A stretch of 64,000 nt of DNA, from assembly GCA_051294905.1 (NCBI GenBank), contig CM119372.1, positions 2,792,001-2,856,000 of the forward strand, in the 5' to 3' direction. The notes under the pieces were generated by a model. The model made no database searches. It was not told the DNA's origin and was given only the letters and a program-made list of their open reading frames with translations. The position numbers and the translations under genes were made by a program. Positions 1-11,100 of the stretch are shown in pieces. This DNA is from Botryllus schlosseri (Eukaryota). The first letter of the stretch is position 1, and each line of letters opens with the position of its first letter.

Positions 1-585
1 ACTAAAAAATGACATTTTTTACATTTTTGACCTTGAAAAACATTATTTTGACAAAATATTGCCCTCATGTATGTACATTATAGGTGTTTTCGCACATAAT
101 GTGTGAATTGTACCACGTATCTTCATTTCTGGTTGGATCTGTCTGTCCTTACGAAATATTTTGACCTGAAAAAACTTTTTGACTTAAAAACTGACAACTT
201 TTTACATGAAAAAACTTTATTTTATCGAAATCTGGACCTATGAAGAATTTCAGTAGTTACATCACGCATTATGGTAGAAATAATTACAATCGGTTGCAGT
301 ACAACGAAAGATACTTTCCTACATTCTCAGGAAGAATGAGTCTGTCCTTGCTAAGTAGCTTGTCAAGAACCGAGAAAGGAAGTTCAATAGCAGCAGTTGT
401 TGGCTGGTAGCACGAAAGTTGTACGTACACTACTGGTGACGCACCGTGTTGCTTCATTCTGAGATTGTCTACATCACAATTTTTCATCATGCGCTTCTTG
501 GTATAAGAACCATGTAATGCTCATGCAGTGTTACGTCGAGCATAACACCATGTGAATTTATATTCATCTCATTTTTGACCTATTA

Positions 586-2189
586 CACTGGGCAACAATT
601 TTGAACGAAAAATTTGTTGACTTTGATTTTGCACTTGATTTAGGCTAATTTTGGCGTGCTGATTCCAAAAATGCCATTGGTTTTCTTCCATCACGTCAAG
701 TGTTTGCTCTACGGCATATGCCCAAAATATGCAAATTTTCACGAAGTTAGCCATATTACTTTTCGATACCATATAAAAATCCACACTTTTATTAAATAAT
801 AAGTTATGTGGCCAAGGGCTCAATTGAATTAGCAAGAAAAAAGGTACTGGTATCGACCTAGGCCGATGCTTTCAACCATTTTTGGTTAGAAGATGCAATC
901 ATCCGAGGATATTTCACACACATATTTGATGCAAACTGTAGGATATGGCAAGAAAAATAAATATTACATTTACTATCAGCTATAGGTCTAATGCCTCATT
1001 TAGCTTATCCAGTGTAAGTTGAAACTCCTATACGCTCTATAATGAGGATCAAGATGAAGATCTTGGGAATAGCAGACAAATGCTCAAGATTTCGAAATCG
1101 AAGATGATTCAGAAAGTAGAGTAGTTTATCAACACAGGTTATTGATCTGACTTAAGCTTTGGGACTAGAAATAGAAATCTTCGGAACTTTTAACATCCTT
1201 ACGAAGTGAGAAAAGATTACTTGGCAAGGTATAAAGAAAGTAACTCACTTTCGATCAGGAGAAACATCCTTTTCTTCGTAGGCCTACTTTCGATAGCTTT
1301 AAGTAATGCCGCGATACTGGCATTGGCGTGGTACTGTTACCATGGATTACTGGAGGAGTTGGGAATCCCGATTTACAACTCAAGTGAATGGCAGTTGCCT
1401 ATAGGTAGCTCAAAAAGAATCCTAAAGTGTGGCATTCTCCAAAATGCCAACGTCTTAGGAGCAGTAACAATTGCACACTCAGTTATAGTCATCGTGAATT
1501 ATATACAGAACCATTGAGAACAGTACAGAAACATTGAATTGATGCAATATCAAGAGCACGATCGGATCATATGTATCAGCTTTGAAATATTGTGCATTCT
1601 TAGTGGTCATGGTCAGACAACAAGGAAGCACATGTTACCCTGATACACATGTGTCACAGCCATATGTTTATGTCGGACAGCAGACATTACAAAAAGCTAA
1701 AATATCTAAATAATTTCCCGGAAAACCTTGACATAGTCAGAGGTGGGAAGGAGAAAATGTCCCCCAACATCTGAAGATCTTGGGAGTAAGGTACCTAAGT
1801 AGATTGGAGCTTAAATATGGTACCTGACTATTGCCCGAGTATCAAACTAGACAACCTATAGAATTAATGGTTATTAGCGTAAATTTGGACCCTGGAACTC
1901 GCACTTTATTTGTCCTGTAGAAGCAATATCAGATTAAATCAACCAATTGAAGCGGTGCAAATGATCATTTGAAGTCTATTGATTTACTTCCGACTATGCT
2001 TGTGTTTTTTGAAACGTTTTATACAGTAAACCCCAAACAATAAAAGTTGTGCTAGAGACAATGTGAGGGTACCTACCCCAAAAACTTGACGTGATGGAGA
2101 AAAACGAAAGTCATTTTTGAATTCAGCGGCCAAAAGTTAGTCGAAATCAGTTTTCTGATCAAAGTCAACAAAAATTGTGTTGACCAGTG
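586..2189 (+). mobile_element. Degenerate Chapaev3-type (CMC) DNA transposon with transposase remnant
   Basis: Termini CACTG(G)...(C)CAGTG with imperfect ~100-bp inverted ends (TTTGTTGACTTTGAT...TTTTGGC.GCTGA.TTC.AAAAATG on both sides). Flanked by TTA at 583-585 and 2190-2192 (3-bp TWA TSD). ORF 1206-1517 (GLLEELGIPIYNSSEWQLPIGSSKRILKCGILQNANVLGAVTIAHSV) resembles the Chapaev3 transposase motif EWRLFIDSSKRSLK.VLLHNGN, recognised from memory. The reading frame is broken. Confidence 0.8.
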
Positions 2190-3005
2190 TTATGATTCAC
2201 AATGAGCAGACAATCGACCCTTTACAACGGTGGGCTACTAGATGTCAAATATGAAATGATAAGTTCAACGACAGTGCAAACATCTACGTTACAAACGAAA
2301 TGCAGGTTGCAAAAATTTTTGAAAACAATATTACCAATTTTTTGACGTAACGCTACAATTTTGACAAATGTTCAACTTTTTTTGACCTATTAAAAAACCG
2401 CCCTATTTAAATATTCTTGGAATGAAATGGTAATACATGCAAGTTTCGTTTTATTAGAATGTCAAGAATGTCTTACGAAATTTCGAGTTGCATCAGTTTC
2501 TTGTCTTATAGTACATTTGTGTCAACGAATGAAGTCGTTGGCCGACTTATGGGTATGATATTTCAACTTTGAGTTTTAACCGGAATGTAGTTTTATGCTA
2601 ATATTAGGGTTACTATTTATTCCATGTCTTGTCGATAGCTAAGACAATAGCAAAAAATCCTTATATAGCTCTCGGTTGCTTCGATTATTAGGAACTTGAG
2701 CCATCTCGGAACATTTGAGTATTTCAGTTAATGTTTAGAATTTGGACCCACAGATCATTCGTTTAAAAACAATTTTAAACGCTCACAAATATTTTGGGAA
2801 GGCGGAAGATACCGGTATATGTTGATTGTTCAGGGTAGGTAACGCTTGTAGGCTGCCAAAGTTTCGGATGACCAGAAACTACATTATTGGGTGAAGATAT
2901 GTATGACAGAAGGCGTTTAACATTTTCGGCCCATCGCTACTACATCTCCCCTACGGGTCACGAGTTATATACGGTGATAGGCTACTGTTTGACATAACGT
3001 GGAAC

Positions 3006-4241
3006 CAGAGGTGGTCAGTAACGAAGTACTTCTACTTTTTCGAAGTACTCAAGTAGTTTTCCTCTACTTCTGGTACTTAATCAAGTAGATCTGATTTCCG
3101 CTACTTCTACTTCTACTTCGTAATATTTTGTGATCTACTTACTTACTTTTCGCTATTTTCAGTTTGTCAAGTAGGAGTAGTTCAATCTTCCAATCAGGAA
3201 GATAGCCTGGAGTATCAACATTTGATTTTCATAAAAGTTTAGTAAAGCCCAGAATTCTCGTCGCGCTTCGCGCGCAGTGGATACGGAGTGACCAGTATGA
3301 TTTCACGAAAGTTTCGGTGAATATAATTTAGGTAGAGGGTTGCTGTGGTTCCGTTCACACCACATTGTCGCCGTTCACCCATATGAAATATTTAATTACA
3401 GTATATATGGCTCATCATAACGTTTGAAACTGATGTTTCGCAATCTAGCATTTACTTCCAATATCGTTATCTAGCATGTCCATGGCGTGTCCTAATCTGG
3501 AAAAGTGGACTCTGACTTTTTTTAGTTTTAGGGCTGTTTTAGCATACCACCTTTGAAACTTTCTGGATTTAAACCATGAGATACATGTTCTGCATTTAGA
3601 AGTAGTATTTATATTTCACTTTCAATTCCCAGTATCATATACTTTGAGTTATAATTAATACCAGTTCTTTAGTCTGGATAACATACCTGTTGAAGTATAA
3701 AAGCAAGTGTAGTAATGCCTTTAATTTCTAAAACTAAAGCTACACAATATTGCATTTTTACGGTCCACCATATTTTTTATTAACGTTTACTAATCGCACA
3801 AAGTGTTTACACCGTATTATATACAACTTCTCCGTATTGCTCTTTGACTAAACTACGGGCCTTATAGTATGGGGATGGCGCCATACCATGCTATTTTCTA
3901 ATACGTGCTGTACGAGAAAACAGAGGATTAGCATCGCTTTTCCATATCAATACTATCATTTTCATCACATGATGTGGACGACTGCTTATTGCTATTGCTA
4001 TCGAATCACGTGTCGCCTAGCTCAATTTGCACCATTTTACAATCCATGTGAACGAATTAGGATCGTTTTCACAACTACTTACTTACTTGAGTACTTTTAA
4101 AGTCAGTAAATTCTACTCCTACTTCAAGTAGTTTTAGGTTGCTTATGGAAGAAGTACTTCTACTTGTACTTGAGTAGATTTTTTTCGTCACTACTTCTAC
4201 TTCTACTTGAGTAGCTTTTTTGACTACTTTGACCACCTCTG
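3006..4241. mobile_element. hAT-type non-autonomous element (MITE) with subterminal TACTTCTACTTGAGTA repeats
   Basis: TIR CAGAGGTGGTCA...TGACCACCTCTG. Perfect 8-bp TSD CGTGGAAC at 2998-3005 and 4242-4249. Fragments of the same family at ~10000-10130, ~12000-12160, ~23460-23650 and ~50310-50590. Confidence 0.85.
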
Positions 4242-4253
4242 CGTGGAACTCAC

Positions 4254-5101
4254 CTTCGCAATTTTTTCTCCTTCCCAATGACGATGAAGGTAATTGTATT
4301 TCCGATTATTCCAATCGCAGCCATCAAGGACATAATTATCCAAAGTAATATATCTTGTACAACAGGAGCAGCGCCTGGATCTTCCCTGTGATAGAGGGTG
4401 GCATGGAAATATAACTACGTAACGAATTCTGTATTATAGTACACTGGGCTCTAATTCATCCTATAATTCATACAGCTCGATCGCTATAAGCAATAGATAT
4501 AACTGATTTTGATGGTTAGTAGAGAAATGCGGGCTCTCTATGTTGTGGAAATATGGGATCGAGTAACAAGGCCCCCAGATAACTATAATAATTACACGTG
4601 GTATAACATAATATGATGTGATTAAAATAGTTGATTGTGCAATTACTTTCTTACAGGTTCACCTTGCAGTTGCATTCTTCGCAAAATATGCAGTGGTTGT
4701 ATTCACCCAGAGTAATATATCGTCTTCTCCTACAGCGGGAGTGGAGTCTGCGTCTTCCCTGTTATAAGAGGTTGACATGAGAATTAAAACATAAAACAAT
4801 TTGTCTATTATACTACACTGGACTCTAATTGATCCCATCATTTTATTTGTTAACCCATATAGTTGGATGGTAAAATAGGTCCGCGTTGATATAACTTACG
4901 AAGAAATCATGGTCTCTCTGAAGCAATGTTATAGAATTGGGGTAGACCTACCAATTTCAATTTGTTTAAAATATTAGGTATGATAATAATTGTAGGAATA
5001 GGAATAGGACGTAACTGCGATTATGCATGTGCACCATCTTGCCGACAATCTTACCTCGGAGTTGAGCTGACCGCGAAATATGCAGTTGTCGTGTTCGTCA
5101 T
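4254..5101 (-). CDS. Class A GPCR paralogue 3, first three coding exons only (remainder presumably left of the window)
   Basis: Exons 5101-5055 (MTNTTTAYFAVSSTPR), 4758-4663 (EDADSTPAVGEDDILLWVNTTTAYFAKNATAR) and 4385-4254 (EDPGAAPVVQDILLWIIMSLMAAIGIIGNTITFIVIGKEKKLR: TM1 with the GN motif). All junctions are GT-AG and phase 2. The 132-nt TM1 exon matches both complete paralogues and the 47-nt first exon matches paralogue 2. I found no TM2 exon in 1-4253. Confidence 0.8.
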
Positions 5102-7374
5102 CTTTACCTATATCACTGAGTACCACAGCGTTCCATATGTAATGAAGCGCATAGTTGCCTGCTTTTTATTAGTCCCGGATATCCATGCCACGTTTTTGAT
5201 TGATAGGCCGTCATGCGAATAATACAATTTTGGGTAAAATAACATATTGTTTCCAAAATTGATCCTGATCCATATTTTTGATATGTCATGCATGGTTATT
5301 GTAATGAACGACACATGCAATCCAAGTCAATATGGATAATGATCATTATGACTTAATTTCCAGACGTACATTGTACAATCTTCACTCATTATATATTCGA
5401 ATGCAAGGCTCAGCTATTAACGTGTGCTGTAAAGTTCAATTATTTCCTAAAAGCTGAGTGTAAGTTGTAGTTCCACATTTGCAGCACCACAACAGCTTGC
5501 GCGGGGCTATGATCGACGTTGAATTGATCTTGCAGAAGAATTTAGTATACCCATCGACCTGATATTGATTTTTCGGTTCCACAGTGATTGCAAAGACAGA
5601 ATATCTCCGGAATTAATTTGTTCATTCACATTTCCGATTACTATACACCAGGGGTGGCCAACCTTTTTGCTATTTACGAACGTATTCCGATTAATCATGT
5701 AGTCTACGGCCTCATTCCATTGCAAGAATACTCGTAACTCGTAATGAACTAGCTGGGCGCCAAATAGCCATGTTGAACTGTCCATGTCCATTTCCGGTGA
5801 ACCCCGGACCAATCCATTGATTCGTATCGGCTTACAATACGCACCGAAAATCCGTGTGGTCATGTGACGTTACGCGTACCGTGAAATTTTTTTCTGATTC
5901 ATGAATGAATTTCATCATTATTATTAGTAGTTTTACGTATTACTTTTAAACATTTATCATTTTTCAGCCCCTGTGATCAGATTCACTGGTAGAGTTGATG
6001 GTGAGGGTGTCTTCGAAAGTTTAGGGCACGTTTCAAATGATGATGCATATATGGGTGGGTCAATTGTTATTAGTCACTTTGTTGCATGCTGTTATTTCTT
6101 AATCTCCCGTCAGGGTTGTCGGTATCGTGGTAACATATTGGAATTGCCCGAACGTACTACAAACAAATTTCATTCGTGAGGAGCACAGGATTCCGAGTTG
6201 ATATATCTATGTGGGGCTCCTCTGCTGATCGCATCTGCACTGTGGGACTCAGATTGCAAAGGGCGCCACTACATTAAAATCGAAAAATGAAGCCACATTG
6301 AATCGCAACTAGCGCGAAGAAAATTTCAAGATTAATTGTAATCTCTCAAGAATCCGCGGGTCAATTCGTTAATTTAATTGACAGGTCTACAGCCGCCAAC
6401 ACATACTACACACGTATTGTTTAACTGCTGTGTCATAACATGGGATGGTGCGAGACCGTAAACTGTTTAGACGCGCGTAGGCGTGCACTCTTATGATAGT
6501 TCGCTGTGATCGCCAATGTTTTCAGTTGGGATCAAGTCACGAGGTTTCACGTAACAAGGAAATCTCTGATGACCACGTTTGACTAGAGGCAAGCCCAGTT
6601 ATTTTCATTATGTAATCGAAACAAGTCCGCGTCCAAGTCCTTGTGTGAAAGGCTGACGCTGAATCCAAGTCAGTATCTTCAGGCATGAATCACAAGTGGG
6701 ACATTTTCAATGACTTTAATCCGGCGATACGTAATATATCGCAGTACACGAGCCCATGTATTCCTTTCTTGCGATCAAAACGACGGATCAAAATTAAATA
6801 CAAGTAGCGTTATAACTTCGACATTTTCGGGCTTCGACGTCAGGTAGGCCTACTACTACAACTATTACTTAAAATGGCGTATTGGCAGCATAACTCATTA
6901 ATTCAAATTGCAAAGATCGTGATATGGAAATATTTAGGACTTTTGTCGAGTAACATGATATTATCTTCTGTGAATCGTAGCATACATACGCCTACAAACA
7001 TCACAAGTTCTTGTGACAGAACGCAGTGATGATGAGAGCACTTTCTGGGAACTATGTTCTGCGGCTGACTTCAAGAGTCGGGGTGAAAAAAATAACCAGA
7101 AAGCTATTATCGAATCTGTAGTCCTTAGTTTTTGTTATACGTCGACCTTGTTTACCACATTTTCTCGCCGCAACGCTGTGATGTCCAATCGGCACACCGT
7201 TTGAGAACCACTGCCTTAGAGGATAGCAAATGAAAATGTTGACTACGAACTATTGCAATTCTAGGTTAGTAACGGATTCTGCGATAATGCTAATAATAAC
7301 AATAATTTAGGATATAATTGAATAAATTCGGATCATTTCAAGTCGGTTCAGAAATCGTAATTTGAAGTTATAAG

Positions 7375-7871
7375 TAGGGCGGATGGCAAAATGATTCTGA
7401 ATCGAATCCTAATGATTCGATTCGAGTTGAAAAAGACGATTTTTCAAGTACTAATATAATACGCTCCTCTCCACTGAAAGTACATGTATCAACGAGTATT
7501 ATAGTTTCAATAGTAATTTCCACTGTGGATGCCTTGAAACTTTGATTGGCCGTATGGCAGCATACGAAACAGATAGTACAAAGCTACGCAGGTCACTGGA
7601 AATAACATATTTATGAAATCATGATCAAGCCACAACATTGTCACAAAATGCAACGAAATCGGTATGGTCGAAAGAATGTCAAAGTATCTTCAATGTGACA
7701 TGAACTGGCATTATATTCTTTGTAGTAGCCTAAAAGGTATATATTTGAACTTTATCACCTTGCATACTGTGATTACGTCCTAATGAGTGATACTCGAATA
7801 CTCGACTCGACTTGAAGCACAATACGCGATTCAGAATGAATCACTCAGGTACTCGAATTTGCCCAGCTCTA
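7375..7871. mobile_element. hAT-type MITE with GAATCGAAT-like internal repeats
   Basis: Ends TAGGGCGGATGGCAAA / TTTGCCCAGCTCTA. Near-TSD GTTATAAG / GTCATAAG. Confidence 0.6.
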
Positions 7872-8143
7872 GTCATAAGATACAGTTATCCATTCCCGAT
7901 ATCAGCCTCAAGAAAACTAGATTATACCAATATCTGCCGATCTTTTTCAATGATCGTGTTTTGAATATTACTATTGGTGAATTTCCGATCGACTGACGAT
8001 GAGATATACCCTATTGCGTTGATAAGTTTTGTTTTCAGTTGGACCTAATTGCCCGCTCTTTTGTGAAAATACAAGAATCATCGCCCATATATTTTCCCGT
8101 TGTGCGAATAGAGAATATGCTTTCTGGATCACGCAGCAAATTT

Positions 8144-11100
8144 TTAACTTGAAGTCGCAAGTGTTGTAGAGTTTTCCATTGTCTTTTCCTGATCTGCGAC
8201 ACGCCGTGCACTCCCGCAACGCCACAGCTTCCGAAGAACTCGGCCAGTTGCTACTCTTATGCTCCTAAGGAATGAAATAAGTTGATTAAGACATATTAGG
8301 CTTAGGATGAAACAACGAATACGCTATGCCGATTACAATGAAATCTCAAATGCGATATTGATTTGCGATCACATAAGGACTTCGAGAAAGAAAGATATTT
8401 CACCATACCTGGAACATATGTTGTAGAGAAACGGGTTGAGTGATTCCGATAGTCTCAGAAATATTAGCCGAAAGAAATCATACTTGTAGACAGCCAGTCC
8501 AAGATTACCATTTATGATAGCGATCCTGAAGGCTGTAATATACATAAATATACTGCAACTTGGAAGTCAAAGCTCAATGTATGCTACAACGGTAACAAAT
8601 CTCTTTCATATTACGGATTCAAATATCACATGTTTCTGGTCATTCCCGAGTAGCAAAATATCAGGCTGGTGATCGTTGCAAATATATTTCTATATTCTGT
8701 GTGTGGAGGACAAGGCAACGACACCTACCGATTTCCGGAGCATATCCCACAACAAACGAACCAATGATGAAGCAGATGTGCAGAACGGCTCTGTTTTCAT
8801 GCCTCAAATCCCTTGCTTTTGCTGAAAACATTCGAAAGGTGTAATGCAGTCATTGCCCCCTACCTGGATACTCCTGTCTTCTCACTACCCAATATATGTA
8901 TATGTTTCTTTCGATAGACAGCTCTGCAGTCAATCATTTAAATGGGCTCACAATTAGATAGCTTTTCGGCACTGTCTCTAAATATTACTGTAATAGTCGG
9001 TATTCAGACTATAGTCCGGGGGTAATTAAATATGAATGAACATGAACAAGGAACTAAACGATAGCATGTAGGGCCATGGTCTGGTGCAAGTCAACGCTGG
9101 TATATGGCTAATTGGGCATTGGTCTTAATATAGCCGAATTACCAACAAAGCGTTAACAATCATGCAACGACTCACCATTCTTCATAGCCCGGCGAGTTTT
9201 CCTGATGACAGCGAGTATGTAGATCGACAACGCTATCACGAGGAACGCGGGCAGAAAAAAGGCCACCGGCAGATAGTATTTGGTGTAATTTCGCGCGTAC
9301 GTCATCCTACAGAAACGAAAGTATGTGTGCTATGGTGCTATAGCTACGTGTGTATTGCTATACCATCCTACACCGTGGCAACATTCGAATTTTAAACATC
9401 TTTAAAATGATCTATAGCTTTCGCGTTGAACAGAAGCATAATTATGGACATTAATACGTTGAAACTGTTATTTATCAACAGATGCATGCTGTCTACTAGT
9501 GCGTAGCGGATCGACAAATTCTTTGGTCCAACGCCGGTCCGACTCCCGGGCCAGATTCGCGATCCGGCCTTAAAAACTTAATAATTATCTACTCACAGGA
9601 TGGTATTGAATATTGATTGAAACAATGCAAACAGGACATTCAAAACCAAACGATCAAACACAACCCTTATCTGCAGTAATTATGCCAACTTGGACTTAGC
9701 ATGTGGTTTATTCCGTGAACGCTTCACTTAATCGATTCGAGGGTGGAAGATGGTGATGCTGTCATATTTTTAGTAAAAAGTACTGTTCCGACTCCGATCC
9801 GACTCCGGCCATATCAGAAAAATTATTGATTCGGATCCGAACCGGCTTGGGCAAAAATGAGAAAATCCGGCTCCGCCATACTGTCTCTACTTACATAATT
9901 TCAAAGACAATCCAGCCGCATCAATATTGCATATGCTGTTAGCGTATGCTAACGCAAATTGACGTACGCCGGTAGGGAGTTTGACATGTGCAATCAAAAC
10001 TACTTCAAGTGCGTAAGTATAATAAATAACAGATCTGAAATGTAGTCAAGTAACTAATTTAAAAGTAGATTTAATCGTTGGCTCGCATACTTTTAGTAGT
10101 TACTCTAAGGTGGCTATACTGAAACACGACTTGACTAATGACGCCATACAAGTAGGGGCAATCTCGGAACATGTATTTACGAGTCGCGAATCGTGATACA
10201 GGGGCTAGCCAATAGGTTCATCCACTGGTTGTTAACCCCTGGGCTATAGCCTATCTCACACGGTTTTCATGACAATTTGACTCGTAAAAATGATACAAAC
10301 ATGACGGCCCGGAAACACGTTAATCTTTCCAAAATCAAGGGTATGTATGTAAGTAGATGTGCCCAAAACGTTCAATTAAATCGAAAGTAGTCAAATAACT
10401 ATTTGAGTAGGCTAATTAGTGCCAATTAGGCAAAACTTTTTTAGATGATTCGGACAACTATAATAACGTCGTGACTTAGCACCTCTTGGATTATCTTATT
10501 GATAATATTGCGCTTTATAGCACTATACACCGAATCCACGTTTTATACCCACAATATATGACTGTAAACGTAACAAATGCTTACCAATGGCGACTCATAA
10601 AGCAAGACCGCCGATACGGCTGAGAGGGTTGTACGATTTCCATTCCTGCGATTGGGTACCAGCCACTCGTGGCGAACGTTTCAATCCAAATAAAGCATAC
10701 TAGAGCCTGGAATGCAACGAGATTTTCGAAGATTCAAGCAAATGCTGTTATTGTAGGTTTGTACGTACCACGGCGAACTTCGGTGTGATTGTTTGAGCTC
10801 GGTCCACGCTCCTGAGCGCCACCACGTGGTATATCCCGATTGTTAAAATATGATGCACGGTGGCGATAGTTGTCCAGTGATCGATTGCCACTGCGAGCTA
10901 ACAGATACAAACGATCACCGTGAATCCATGCGTGAAAAATATAGATGTATTTATCAGATTTCCGCCAGGTTCTGTTTACGAGTACTATATATTTGTATTT
11001 CATGGCGTGGTACACGAAAATAGAACCCAATACAACACCGGGATCTGTATCCCTACGAATTGTTCTATTTGGCTCATTTTCACCCATTGAAAGGTTGCGA

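Noticed and set aside
284..490. 68-aa minus-strand ORF near the window start
   Set aside because: No similarity to the expected GPCR TM2 exon or to any motif I recognise.
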